Of a DNA stretch of 64,000 nucleotides, positions 11,120 to 21,146 are shown piece by piece. A model generated the notes under the pieces. The model made no database searches, was not told the DNA's origin, and was given only the letters and a program-made list of their open reading frames with translations. Positions within the stretch are counted from its first letter, which is position 1; every line of letters starts with the position of its first letter. Source of the DNA: Candidatus Latescibacterota bacterium (GTDB taxonomy: Bacteria; Latescibacterota; UBA2968; UBA8231); assembly GCA_965208105.1 (NCBI GenBank), contig OZ242318.1:32001-96000 (forward strand), in the 5' to 3' direction. The translations under genes were made by a program, and so were the position numbers.

Positions 11120-12145
11120 ATGGCGAACGCCCCCCTCTCCAAGCGAGAACGACTGATCCTGCAGGCCCTGGTGAAGGCCTACATTGCCATTGGGGATCCG
11201 ATAGGTTCGCGCACTCTGTTCAGACGAGAGAATCTCGGCATCGCCCCGGCAACCATCCGCCATATTCTGGCGAGCCTCGAAGAGAAGGGATTTGTCCAGC
11301 AGCCACACACATCCGCCGGGCGCGTTCCGACCGATAGGGGGTACCGATTCTACGTGGAAGAATCCGTGGTCGGCGATGGCGATTGGCAGGTGGACGGGGA
11401 AGCCGAATTGAGAGAGCAACTGGACGCGAAATTCCAACAGGAGAACATCGATCAGATCCTCGGCCAGTTGGCCAAGATTCTCGGGGATATTTCGCATCAA
11501 TTAGGGCTTGTAATGGCGCCCCGATTCGAACAGGGGATATTCCACAAGCTGGAACTTATCCAGTTGGCGGAAAAGCGCGTTTTGCTGGTGGTGACAATCC
11601 GTCAGGGGGTGGTGAAGAGCCTCGTCATTGAAATGGACTCGAACTTGTCGCAACGCAATTTGGAGACCATGAGCCGATTGCTCAACGAACGCCTCAACGG
11701 CTTGAGCATGGCAGAGATTCGCCGTTCCGTGCGCCACCGCCTGCAGTCCCTCGCTGTGGGAAATCCCCAACTGTTGCGCGTGGTCGCCGAAGAGATAAAG
11801 GAGATGGCCAACCCCAGCGGTAGTGGTCTCTATGTTGCGGGCACGGGCAATATCTGCTTGCAGCCCGAATTTCGCGATCCACTCAAGGTGGCAGGTCTGA
11901 TGGACCTGGTTGAGGAGAAGGACAGACTGGCACACCTCCTGAGGGACCGCGAAGGGATGGTCATAACCATAGGGAAGGAGAACCGGCCCCAAGTCATGCG
12001 GTTGTGCAGCATGGTGACCGCCAGCTACGAGGTAAATGGCGCTCGAGGCGTCATTGGGGTGATCGGTCCGACCCGAATGCCCTATGGCCGCGTCGTTTCC
12101 CTTGTGCGGCATGCTGCTGCCCGGGCCGCCGGGCTGGTAAGTTGA
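11120..12145 (+). CDS. hrcA: Heat-inducible transcription repressor HrcA
   Basis: QPHTSAGRVPTDRGYRFYV, GVIGPTRMPY; upstream of grpE. Confidence 0.95.
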   Translation: MANAPLSKRERLILQALVKAYIAIGDPIGSRTLFRRENLGIAPATIRHILASLEEKGFVQQPHTSAGRVPTDRGYRFYVEESVVGDGDWQVDGEAELREQLDAKFQQENIDQILGQLAKILGDISHQLGLVMAPRFEQGIFHKLELIQLAEKRVLLVVTIRQGVVKSLVIEMDSNLSQRNLETMSRLLNERLNGLSMAEIRRSVRHRLQSLAVGNPQLLRVVAEEIKEMANPSGSGLYVAGTGNICLQPEFRDPLKVAGLMDLVEEKDRLAHLLRDREGMVITIGKENRPQVMRLCSMVTASYEVNGARGVIGVIGPTRMPYGRVVSLVRHAAARAAGLVS

Positions 12146-12179
12146 ACCGTTGCGACAGGAGATCGAATCCGGATTTGCC

Positions 12180-12791
12180 ATGAGCGAGATCAATCCCGAA
12201 GAAAGGCCTTCTTCCGGGGGCGAAGAACGCCGCGAGGAAGAAGAGCCGCTGGTGGAATTGGATGACAAAGGAGAGCCACCCGATAGTTCTGCGGAGGAAA
12301 CGGAGCGGGAAGATGAGGTGGGGAGATTGGAAGAAGCATGCGAAGCCGCCCGGGAGGAGGCAGCGGAAAATTACGACCGCTTCCTGCGCGCGCGGGCCGA
12401 ACTGGATAACTATCGCAAGCGCACCGCGGGAATAAGGGTGGAGACGCGAGAGGAAACCCTGCGCGAATTGTTGATGAAGATTGCTCCCATACTCGACAAT
12501 ATGAGGCGTGCCCTGGGGCAGGAAAGCGAAAATGTAGAAAGCCTCAAACAGGGAGTCGAATTGATATACAACCAAATTGGAGACGCTCTGAAAGGATATG
12601 GTCTCGAGCCAATCGAGGCGGTCGGCCAGCCATTCGATCCCCATCTTCACGAAGCCCTGATGGAAGTTGAGCACGGGGAATATTCACCAGGCACCGTGGT
12701 CGAGGAACTGGACAAGGGCTATAAGCTGAATGACAAGGTAGTGCGGCCTGCTCGCGTGGTTGTTTGCAAGGCTGGAGAAGAAAATGGCTGA
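12180..12791 (+). CDS. grpE: Nucleotide exchange factor GrpE
   Basis: AELDNYRKR, FDPHLHEA, GYKLNDKVVRPARV. Confidence 0.95.
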   Translation: MSEINPEERPSSGGEERREEEEPLVELDDKGEPPDSSAEETEREDEVGRLEEACEAAREEAAENYDRFLRARAELDNYRKRTAGIRVETREETLRELLMKIAPILDNMRRALGQESENVESLKQGVELIYNQIGDALKGYGLEPIEAVGQPFDPHLHEALMEVEHGEYSPGTVVEELDKGYKLNDKVVRPARVVVCKAGEENG

Positions 12792-12867
12792 GTTTTCCAG
12801 CCTTCCACCTGCCCATAGTGAACGAGGTGCCCACCGCCCCTCCCGGAACGGCGGAGAATAGGGGAAA

Positions 12868-14013
12868 ATGGCCAGGAGAGACTATTACGAGGTCCTCGGA
12901 GTTGGCCGCGAGGCGACCGAAGCCGAGATCAAGGGCGCGTACCGAAAATTGGCGTTGAAATACCATCCGGACCGCAACCCGGACGATGCACAGGCGGAGG
13001 GGAAGTTCAAGGAGGCATCGGAGGCCTACGAGGTGCTCAGCGATGCGCAGAAGAAGGCCAACTACGACCGCTACGGTCATGCCGGCCTCGAGGGCAGTTT
13101 CGGAAGCGGCGGATTCCAATGGTCGGATTTCACCCATGCCTCGGATTTCGAAGATATATTCGGCGACATTTTCGGGAGCTTCTTCGGGGGTTCCGGGTCG
13201 CGGACACGGGGGAGGTCCGGGCCGCCAAGGGGGCGGGATCTCAAGGTGGGCCTCAAGCTTACCCTCGAAGAAATCGCCTCCGGGACCGAAAAGAAGATAA
13301 ACCTGAACCGCTTGCAGAAATGCGAGTTTTGTGGAGGCTCGGGAGCGGCGGCGGGCGGTTCGAAAAAGACCTGCACGACCTGTGGAGGTGTAGGCCAGGT
13401 GCAGCAGGTTTCCCGCTCTATTTTTGGTCAATCGGTGCGGGTTACGGTCTGTCCTTCCTGCAGCGGGGAAGGTAGTATCGTCAGCTCGCCATGCGACGAA
13501 TGCAGCGGCGAGGGAGTTCGGCGGGGAAAGGCAACCCTGACGGTGAGGATTCCCGCCGGGGTCAGCTCGGGAAATTATATCCCGTTGCGGGGGCAGGGAG
13601 ACACGGGACTGAGGGGCGGTCCTGCCGGGGATTGCCTGGTGTACATAGACGAGAAGGACCACAAGTACTTCGATCGAGACGGCAACGACGTAATCTACCG
13701 CTGCCCCATAAGCTTCAGCCAGGCCGCACTGGGTGAGGAGGTCGAGGTCCCCACACTGGGCGGCAAGGCCAAAATGGAGGTTCCCGCAGGAACGCAATCC
13801 GGCAAGGTATTTCGAATGCGCGGAAAGGGGGTTCCGGATGTCAACGGCCGCGGGGTTGGCGACCAGCTGGTTCAGGTCGTTCTGTGGACGCCGGACAGCC
13901 TGAGCCCTCGAGAGCGCGAACTCTTCGAGGAACTGGGGGATCTCGAGAGGAAGCGCGCTGCCTCCGAAGGCAGGAGTTTCTTTGCAAAAATGTTTGAGGC
14001 GTTTGGTGGCTGA
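12868..14013 (+). CDS. dnaJ: Chaperone DnaJ
   Basis: J domain with HPD, G/F-rich region, four CxxCxGxG repeats. Confidence 0.97.
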   Translation: MARRDYYEVLGVGREATEAEIKGAYRKLALKYHPDRNPDDAQAEGKFKEASEAYEVLSDAQKKANYDRYGHAGLEGSFGSGGFQWSDFTHASDFEDIFGDIFGSFFGGSGSRTRGRSGPPRGRDLKVGLKLTLEEIASGTEKKINLNRLQKCEFCGGSGAAAGGSKKTCTTCGGVGQVQQVSRSIFGQSVRVTVCPSCSGEGSIVSSPCDECSGEGVRRGKATLTVRIPAGVSSGNYIPLRGQGDTGLRGGPAGDCLVYIDEKDHKYFDRDGNDVIYRCPISFSQAALGEEVEVPTLGGKAKMEVPAGTQSGKVFRMRGKGVPDVNGRGVGDQLVQVVLWTPDSLSPRERELFEELGDLERKRAASEGRSFFAKMFEAFGG

Positions 14014-14074
14014 ATGCTCTTCCCCCCGCCCCTGGTGGATTCCCCCCCATCGCATTAGTTCATAGAGATGAAAT

Positions 14075-14890
14075 ATGCAGGTGCCTAGGACCGTTCCGGA
14101 GGACCGCGGCGGGCTTCCTGGCGTGCGCAATGCCATTGCAGTGGCCAGTGCCAAGGGTGGCGTGGGCAAGTCGACGGTCAGCACGAACCTCGCCTTAAGT
14201 CTGGCTCAAACCGGAGTGCGGGTGGGTTTGCTTGATGCCGATATATACGGGCCCAGTCTGCCATTGCTGATGGGGGTTCAGAAGCAGCCTGATTTGACCT
14301 CGGAGGGCAAAATACTGCCCATAGAGAAGCACGGCGTTGCGCTGATGTCCATCGGTTTCATTGCCGGGGAAGATGCTCCGGTGGTCTGGCGCGGACCGCT
14401 GCTGGCACAAGCGTTGCAGCACTTTATCAGCAAAGTCCAATGGGGTGACCTCGACTATCTCCTGATCGACCTGCCGCCTGGCACCGGAGATATTCCTCTG
14501 ACCCTCAGCCAGACTCTGGCCTTGTCCGGCGCGGTCATCGTGACTACTCCTCAGGCGGTGGCCCTGGAGGACGTGGAGCGCGGGATCGCCATGTTCGAGA
14601 AGGTGGAGATCGATGTGCTCGGGCTGGTGGAAAACATGAGCTATTTCATCTGTCCAAACTGCAGCGAGCGCCACGCGATCTTCGCTGCCGGTGGAGGAAG
14701 AGAGATGGCGGTCAGACTGGGACTGAATTTTCTCGGGGCCATCCCACTCGATGGAGCAATTGGAGCGGGAGGGGACCGCGGAGAGCCCATCGCCCTGTCG
14801 TCCCGGCATGGGGATGAAGGCAGGATATTCGCGGAAATAGCCGCGGGGATGGTGGCCGAAATCCGTCGAATAGCAGCCGGGGAAACCTGA
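14075..14890 (+). CDS. mrp: Mrp/ApbC/NBP35 Fe-S cluster carrier ATPase
   Basis: AKGGVGKS, DADIYGPS, DLPPGTGD, ENMS..CPNC. Confidence 0.92.
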   Translation: MQVPRTVPEDRGGLPGVRNAIAVASAKGGVGKSTVSTNLALSLAQTGVRVGLLDADIYGPSLPLLMGVQKQPDLTSEGKILPIEKHGVALMSIGFIAGEDAPVVWRGPLLAQALQHFISKVQWGDLDYLLIDLPPGTGDIPLTLSQTLALSGAVIVTTPQAVALEDVERGIAMFEKVEIDVLGLVENMSYFICPNCSERHAIFAAGGGREMAVRLGLNFLGAIPLDGAIGAGGDRGEPIALSSRHGDEGRIFAEIAAGMVAEIRRIAAGET

Positions 14891-14899
14891 GCAGATCGA

Positions 14900-15898
14900 G
14901 TGGACCCAGGCGGAACCGAGCTGGGGAGGGGCGGATCTGCTCCCGCGGAACAGGACGAAGAAGCGCCGCGCACCGCGACCCGGCGGCTTTACCAACTCAA
15001 GGAGGCTCCTGCAATCTGCGACAGGGACTGTTCCAGGAAACAGAGCTGGCACTGTCTCCGCTTTGCAGTGCCGCCCTCCCGAGCGGAGGATATCAGCATC
15101 CGTTGCTTCGAACTCGGCAGCTGTGGCCTTCAGGTTGAAGAAAATGGCGAAACCACTTATCTGATCGCCTATTTCGATGCGGCCCTGAACGTCCATGAAA
15201 TCTGCCGGGACCTCGAAAACCATCTGAACCTGCTCGGCCTGATGCCTGTCCCCATCGGGCGGGATCATCTGCAGGAACGCGACTGGGGGGCTGAGTGGCG
15301 CCGTTTTTTCCAACCGGTGTGGGCCACACCTCGCATCGTCGTCCACCCATCCTGGATACCCGTGGAGACCAGCGGCAATCAGATCGCGGTGGTCATAGAT
15401 CCCCAGATGGCGTTTGGGACTGGGGGCCACGAATCCACCCGGCTTTGCCTGCGCGGATTGGAGGACAACCTGCTGCCGGGAGACCACTGCCTGGATGTGG
15501 GAACTGGCACGGGGGTTCTGGCGATTGCCGCCGCGCACCTCGGCGCCGCCCGGGTACTGGCCATTGATACCGACCCGAAAGCCGTGAAGAACGCCCGCCA
15601 GAACCTAGCTCGTAACAAGGTCGGAGGCGAACAGGCCGTCGTGCGGCAGGCCACCATCAGCGAATTGTCCGTGCCGGGGTACGAACTGATTGTGGCCAAC
15701 CTCCAGAGCCATGAGTTGTGTCCAATGCTTGCCTCCGCACGGGATCTGGTGGTGGCTGGTGGCCGGATTCTATTCTCCGGTTTGCTGCAGCGGGAGGAGG
15801 ATGGGTTCTGCCGCAGGGTGGAAGGAGCAGGCCTGTGCGTGAAGGCAGTGCAGTCCGAGAACGAGTGGATTTGTGTCACTGCCCGGAAGGATGGCTAG
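14900..15898 (+). CDS. prmA: Ribosomal protein L11 methyltransferase
   Basis: DPQMAFGTGGHESTRLC, LDVGTGTGVL; dnaJ-prmA-rsmE context; start uncertain. Confidence 0.9.
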   Translation: MDPGGTELGRGGSAPAEQDEEAPRTATRRLYQLKEAPAICDRDCSRKQSWHCLRFAVPPSRAEDISIRCFELGSCGLQVEENGETTYLIAYFDAALNVHEICRDLENHLNLLGLMPVPIGRDHLQERDWGAEWRRFFQPVWATPRIVVHPSWIPVETSGNQIAVVIDPQMAFGTGGHESTRLCLRGLEDNLLPGDHCLDVGTGTGVLAIAAAHLGAARVLAIDTDPKAVKNARQNLARNKVGGEQAVVRQATISELSVPGYELIVANLQSHELCPMLASARDLVVAGGRILFSGLLQREEDGFCRRVEGAGLCVKAVQSENEWICVTARKDG

Positions 15899-16660
15899 AT
15901 GCCCGGGTTTTTGGTCCTGCCTGAAGATGTCCGGGGTGACATTCTGATCCTGCGCGACCAGGAGGCGCATCATCTTGCCCGCGTGCGGCGCCTGCGACCG
16001 GACGACCGGATCGAGGTGATCGATGGCCTTGGGCATTGCTACCAGGTTCGCGTTGCCGCCGTAGCCCGCGCGGAAGTACATTGCGAGATCCTCGGCTGCC
16101 GGGACGAGTGCGGTGAGAATCCGGTCCAACTCAGCCTGGCCCCTGCCCTGGTCAAGGGCGCGCGCTTCGATTCCATAGTTGAAAAGGCCACCGAAATCGG
16201 GGTTGGATGTATCGCGCCGGTAATCGCGGACCGAGGAGTTGTGCAGCCGGGTACGGGAAACAAAATCGAGCGCTGGCGGCGGTTGATTCGCGCCGCCGCC
16301 AAGCAATGCGGGCGTTCACGGCTGCCCGCGCTCTACCCACCGGCCCCGCTGGAGGTCGTTCTGGATTGTCTGCGCCGGCGCAGCGATTTCTTGCTGATGG
16401 CCTCTCCCCCAGGTCCGAGGCAGGAGCCGGGACCGCAGCTGCGCGAGTGCGTGGCCGCTGCAAGGCCCATGCGCCCGGGCCTGCTGATCGGGCCGGAAGG
16501 AGGATTTAGCGGGGCGGAGCGGGAGAAGGCAGTAAAGCTCGGTGCGACGGTATTTTCATGGGGGGAGCGCACCATGAGGACGGATACGGCAAGCTGCGTC
16601 CTCGCGGCTCTGGTCCTTCACGAAGCCGAGCAGGCTCAGGTCACAGGAAGGAGGGATTGA
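15899..16660 (+). CDS. rsmE: 16S rRNA m3U1498 methyltransferase
   Basis: HHLARVRR, EKATEIGV, IGPEGGFS, MRTDTA. Confidence 0.92.
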   Translation: MPGFLVLPEDVRGDILILRDQEAHHLARVRRLRPDDRIEVIDGLGHCYQVRVAAVARAEVHCEILGCRDECGENPVQLSLAPALVKGARFDSIVEKATEIGVGCIAPVIADRGVVQPGTGNKIERWRRLIRAAAKQCGRSRLPALYPPAPLEVVLDCLRRRSDFLLMASPPGPRQEPGPQLRECVAAARPMRPGLLIGPEGGFSGAEREKAVKLGATVFSWGERTMRTDTASCVLAALVLHEAEQAQVTGRRD

Positions 16661-16664
16661 CAAA

Positions 16665-17111
16665 TTGGATTACAAAATTCTGGTCCTGCACGGGCCCAAC
16701 CTCAATCTCCTGGGCACGCGCGAGCCCGGGATTTACGGTCGCGAAACCCTGCAAGACGTCAATCGCATGATCGAAGCCGAAGCCAGGAAGGCCGGGGCGG
16801 AGCTGCGCATTGTGCAATCCAACTGCGAAGGGGAACTCATCGGCGCCATTCACGAGGCTCTCGAATGGGGGGACGCCCTGATCGTGAATCCCGGAGCACT
16901 GACCCACTACAGCATCGCCCTCTACGACGCGGTGAGAGCCGCGGCCCTGCCTGCGGTCGAGGTCCATCTATCCAACATCCACGGCCGCGAAGAATTCCGC
17001 CAACGCTCGGTGATAGCCCCGGCATGCCTGGGCCAGGTGGCGGGTTTCGGCGCCTTCAGCTATATCCTGGGACTGCGAGCGGCGATCCACCACCTGGAGA
17101 AGGCGAATTGA
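16665..17111 (+). CDS. aroQ: Type II 3-dehydroquinate dehydratase
   Basis: HGPNLNLLGTREPGIYG, NPGALTHYS, EVHLSNI. Confidence 0.95.
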   Translation: MDYKILVLHGPNLNLLGTREPGIYGRETLQDVNRMIEAEARKAGAELRIVQSNCEGELIGAIHEALEWGDALIVNPGALTHYSIALYDAVRAAALPAVEVHLSNIHGREEFRQRSVIAPACLGQVAGFGAFSYILGLRAAIHHLEKAN

Positions 17112-18448
17112 CCACAGGTCCCTTCTTGTTGCTGGCCGCATGTTCGGTCGCTTTGATCCGCGTCTCCTGGGCAGGACCTGCGCTTACCATCGATCGTTTC
17201 CAGGTCAACGTCCGCTCGGACGCCACCGCCCAGTCGAAGCGCGTTGCGGTGCTGCGCCTGGGTGAAGAGGTGGAGCAGATCGGAATCAATGGCGAGTGGA
17301 TTCGCATTCGCATGGCTGATGGCAAGGAGGGGTGGGTCCATTCCGATCTGGTGCAGCTGCCTCTCATAGTTCAGGGGCGGGGGGTGCGCATTCGCGAGGC
17401 CGGATCGACTTCCTCGGCGGTGCTGGCGACTGTGTCCAAGGGAATGGTGCTGTTGAGGATTGGGGAGAAGGAGGGTTGGTACGAGGTCGCCCTGGCGGAC
17501 GGAAGGAGGGGATGGGTATGGAGCAACCTGGTTCTCCCCAAGGAAATATCCCTTCTTCCCACATCGCCTGCGCCGTCCACGCTTCAGGGCGGCGATGGAA
17601 AAACTGCAGCCGAATTGTCCGCTCTGTATGTCGATGGTCTTCGGCTGGAAAAAGCCGGGGATTACAATTCTGCCCTGGATTTCTTCGAGGGGGTCCTGCG
17701 CGAGGATCCTGACCACAGGGGAGCGCTGTTACATTCAGCGCAGGCTCACAGACAACTGCGAGAATATGATGAAGCGTTGAAGGACCTCTATGCGGCTCAA
17801 AGGATCAGCCCCGGGCGCCGCGACATCATGCTCGAACTGGGTGAAATCTACCGCCTCAGGGGACAGGTGGATAGTACCCGGAAGTACCAGGCCCTTTTCA
17901 GAGGCCGGAAAGAGAAGCCCGGTCCTGGGATGGAGCCCGCCAATCTGGAGATGGAGACCGGAGAAGAATGGCCCCTCCCGGATGAGGCCCGGATATACAT
18001 GGCAGTTGCGGCCTCCCTGATTGCCATGGGCCTGCTGGCCTGGAGGGCGGGCTTTCCGAGGACCGTATTCGCTGAAACGAGGGAACCGAAGCCCGCGGCC
18101 GCGGCGGGTGGAGCTGGAGAAGGACCGGCGAGAACGGGGGAAGGCAGGCCTGCACAAGCGGGAAGCGCTGGACCGGTCGAAGCGGCAGGACTGGACCGGC
18201 AAATCGAGGAGAAATGGAGGGAGCTGCGCCGGAATTCGGAGGTGGTCGACCGGGCCGGGCCGGCTGTCGGCAAGGGATTGGAGTGGAACACCGTGGAAGG
18301 CCTGCGCGACCATCTCGACGCCCTGGGAAAGGCCCTGCAGATGGAAGAGGAGCGCTCCAGGATCTACGCCGAAATCGCCCGCTTGCAGGAGATGAAAATC
18401 GAGGTGATGAACAGCGAGCTTCGTCGTGGCAATCCCAGGGGGCAATGA
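17108..18448 (+). CDS. Membrane-anchored protein with two SH3b domains, TPR repeats, one TM helix and a C-terminal coiled coil
   Basis: TTG start overlapping the aroQ stop, signal peptide, two VNVR/VRIR...GWV SH3b repeats, TPR-like helices, TM IYMAVAASLIAMGLLAW. Confidence 0.7.
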   Translation: MTTGPFLLLAACSVALIRVSWAGPALTIDRFQVNVRSDATAQSKRVAVLRLGEEVEQIGINGEWIRIRMADGKEGWVHSDLVQLPLIVQGRGVRIREAGSTSSAVLATVSKGMVLLRIGEKEGWYEVALADGRRGWVWSNLVLPKEISLLPTSPAPSTLQGGDGKTAAELSALYVDGLRLEKAGDYNSALDFFEGVLREDPDHRGALLHSAQAHRQLREYDEALKDLYAAQRISPGRRDIMLELGEIYRLRGQVDSTRKYQALFRGRKEKPGPGMEPANLEMETGEEWPLPDEARIYMAVAASLIAMGLLAWRAGFPRTVFAETREPKPAAAAGGAGEGPARTGEGRPAQAGSAGPVEAAGLDRQIEEKWRELRRNSEVVDRAGPAVGKGLEWNTVEGLRDHLDALGKALQMEEERSRIYAEIARLQEMKIEVMNSELRRGNPRGQ

Positions 18449-18528
18449 GGTGAATTCGGCCGGTCCGTCAATTTCGGAGCCGAGGATTGTGAGCCGTTCG
18501 CAACCGCCGGGAGTCGAGACCTAGGGCC

Positions 18529-19848
18529 ATGGGTGCAGGGAGGTGGACCGCCGAGCGCCTGCGGCAGATGACTCTGGCTCAAATCGGGGAGTTGGCGGAT
18601 GGCCTGTCTTCCGAGACCAGTGAGGTCCTGGCTTTGCTGGAAAGGGACTCCCGGGTCGGCGCGCGCCGCCTGGCATACAAGGGAAGGCGCCGTCTGGCGC
18701 TTCGGGAGGAAGAGAAAGACCGCATTGACCGGCTGACCAGGTTGGAGCGCAGGTTCTGGGAGGGAGGTAAAGAGCCGGTCGCCGGAGTGGACGAGGTGGG
18801 GAGAGGCTGTTTGGCCGGTCCGGTGGTTGCAGCTGCGGTAGTCCTGCCTCCCAATGTCGGGATCCTTGCGCTGGACGACTCCAAGAAGCTCAGGCCCGAA
18901 AAGCGGGAGGAGTTGCAGCGGGAGATCCTCGAGAAGGCTGCTTCGGTGGGTCTCGGGCAGGTTGAAGCCGAGGAGATCGACAGGGACAATATCCTCCAGG
19001 CTTCTCTGAAGGCCATGCGTCTTGCACTTGCGGACCTGCGGGTGGATCCACAGCAGGTTCTGGTCGACGGCCACAGGACACCCGAGAGTCCATTCCCCGA
19101 GATGGCCGTCGTCGATGGAGATGCGCGTTCCCAATCCATAGCGGCCGCTTCGGTGGTGGCCAAGGTGTATCGGGACCGGCTTATGGTGGAGCGCGGTCGC
19201 CAGTATCCTCAGTACGGTTTCTCCCGCCACAAAGGCTACGGCACCCGGCAGCACCTCCTTGCCTTGCAGCAGCATGGCCCCTGTCCCCTGCACCGCCTCT
19301 CCTTTCAACCCGTGGCCAGGCTGTTGGACAAGGGGCGCTCCTCCCGGTTCGAGGTTTTCAAGAAAAGCCTCGACGGCAGTGACAGCCTCCTCGAGTTGGA
19401 GCGATCAGGCCGCCGAATCAGAAGGGAGCGCCACAGGCTTGGCGGGCGGGAGTTGCAGGAGTTGCGCCGCGCCTACAAAGCTCGTCTGCGGGAACTGGAT
19501 GATATCGGGAAGCGGGGGGAGAGAGTTGCCGCCGACTATCTCAGGGAGAGGGGATACGCCGTCCTGGAGCAGGGCTACCGGGGCAGCGGCGCGGAGATCG
19601 ACCTGATCGCGCAGGGGGAAGACTGCCTGGTTTTCGTCGAAGTGAAGAGCAGCCGGGATGGGTGTTGGGGTTATCCCGAGGAGCGGGTGACGAAAACCAA
19701 GCGCAGGCACCTGATCCGGGCCGCCAGGCACTATTTGATGGTGAATCTTCCTCGGGCGGGGGGGATCCGGTTCGACATCCTCGCCGTGGTCTGGGGGAAC
19801 GGCGAGCCCGAAATAACCCACCTGGAGAACGTAATTCAGGCGGAGTAG
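18529..19848 (+). CDS. rnhB: Ribonuclease HII fused to a YraN (UPF0102) nuclease-like domain
   Basis: AGVDEVGRGCLAGPV, DDSKKL, SIAAASVVAKV, HKGYGT; C-terminal GERVAADYL..EIDLIA..FVEVK..RFDIL. Confidence 0.9.
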   Translation: MGAGRWTAERLRQMTLAQIGELADGLSSETSEVLALLERDSRVGARRLAYKGRRRLALREEEKDRIDRLTRLERRFWEGGKEPVAGVDEVGRGCLAGPVVAAAVVLPPNVGILALDDSKKLRPEKREELQREILEKAASVGLGQVEAEEIDRDNILQASLKAMRLALADLRVDPQQVLVDGHRTPESPFPEMAVVDGDARSQSIAAASVVAKVYRDRLMVERGRQYPQYGFSRHKGYGTRQHLLALQQHGPCPLHRLSFQPVARLLDKGRSSRFEVFKKSLDGSDSLLELERSGRRIRRERHRLGGRELQELRRAYKARLRELDDIGKRGERVAADYLRERGYAVLEQGYRGSGAEIDLIAQGEDCLVFVEVKSSRDGCWGYPEERVTKTKRRHLIRAARHYLMVNLPRAGGIRFDILAVVWGNGEPEITHLENVIQAE

Positions 19849-21146
19849 ACCACCTCGCCCCCGATTATGGTGGCCGCCGCCTTTCCCTTGAGCTCATAGC
19901 CGTCGAAAGGCGTGTTCCTCGACTTGGACTGAAAGCGGCTGGCCTCTACCTTCCAGGTGAGGCCAAGGTCGATGAGGGTGAGGTCGCCGGGATCCCCAGG
20001 AGCCAGGCGTCCCCCGGCGAGGCGGAGGATGCGGGCAGGAGCGCAGGTCCATTTGGCAATGGCGCTTGGCAGATCGAGAATCCCCGGTTCGACCAGGTAG
20101 GTGAGGGTCAGTCCGAGGGCGGTTTCCAAACCGACGACGCCAAATGGCGCTTCCTGGAGCGGAAGCTGCTTCTCCTCCAGACTGTGGGGGGCGTGGTCCG
20201 TGGAAATAAGGTCGATGCTGCCATCCTTCAGGCCGTCGAGCATGGCCTCCACGTCGGCTGCCGTTCTCAGTGGAGGACTCATCTTGGCCATGGCCCCCTG
20301 GGTGGCTACCTCGGCATCGGTGAGTGTGAAATGGTGGGGAAGGACCTCGCAGGTTACGGGGAGGCCCTCCGACTTTGCCCGGCGCACGAGCTCTACCGAG
20401 CCTGAGGTGCTTACGTGGGCAATGTGGAGGGGGCCTCCGGTCTGGCGTACGAGATCGATGTCGCGGGCGATCATTTCTTCTTCTCCTGCAGGCGGCATTC
20501 CCTTGACACCGAGTCGTGCAGAGACCTCCCCCTCGTGCATGCAACCTCCTGCTGTGAGGCGTTTCACCTCTTCGTGGGGGAAGACTGGGCGATTGAGCCG
20601 GCGCCCCAGGATCAGGGCCTGGCGCATGAGCTCGGCATCTTCAAGAGGGTCGCCGTCGTCAGAGAAGGCCACAGCTCCTTTTTTTGCCAGGTTCTCCAGT
20701 GGAGCCAACTCGCGTCCAGCCCGGTCTGCGCTGATACAGGCAATGGGATAGAAGCGCACCGCGGCGGACCGTGCCCTTTGAAGCAATCCTTCGAGACGAT
20801 GTACGCTGTCAGGCGGTGGATTTGTATTGGGCATGGCCGCCACCGCGCAAAAACCCCCCGCAGCGGCCGCGCGAGTTCCGCTTGCAATGGTTTCCTTGTA
20901 CTCGAATCCGGGCTCCCTCAGATGCGCGTGCCCATCGATGAATCCAGGAGCCACCACGAGCCCTTCTGCATCGAAGACCGGAGTTTTATCGGGTGGGGAC
21001 AAGCCATTTCCCACGGCTTTCACCATCCCTGCCTCGACGTGGACATCGGCAACTTCGTCCAAGCCATTTGCAGGGTCGATCAAGCGTCCTCCGCGGACGA
21101 GCAGGTCGCTTTGGAATGACGGCATGTTGGTCTTCCCCGGATTCAA
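19836..21146 (-). CDS. pyrC: Dihydroorotase
   Basis: HAHLREPG, MPNTNPP, HIAHVST, TDHAPH, SRNTPF. Confidence 0.93.
   Translation of the reverse strand: MNPGKTNMPSFQSDLLVRGGRLIDPANGLDEVADVHVEAGMVKAVGNGLSPPDKTPVFDAEGLVVAPGFIDGHAHLREPGFEYKETIASGTRAAAAGGFCAVAAMPNTNPPPDSVHRLEGLLQRARSAAVRFYPIACISADRAGRELAPLENLAKKGAVAFSDDGDPLEDAELMRQALILGRRLNRPVFPHEEVKRLTAGGCMHEGEVSARLGVKGMPPAGEEEMIARDIDLVRQTGGPLHIAHVSTSGSVELVRRAKSEGLPVTCEVLPHHFTLTDAEVATQGAMAKMSPPLRTAADVEAMLDGLKDGSIDLISTDHAPHSLEEKQLPLQEAPFGVVGLETALGLTLTYLVEPGILDLPSAIAKWTCAPARILRLAGGRLAPGDPGDLTLIDLGLTWKVEASRFQSKSRNTPFDGYELKGKAAATIIGGEVVYSA

Noticed and set aside
12792-12867. dnaK missing between grpE and dnaJ
   Set aside because: grpE-dnaJ with dnaK located elsewhere is common in several phyla, so it is not remarkable alone
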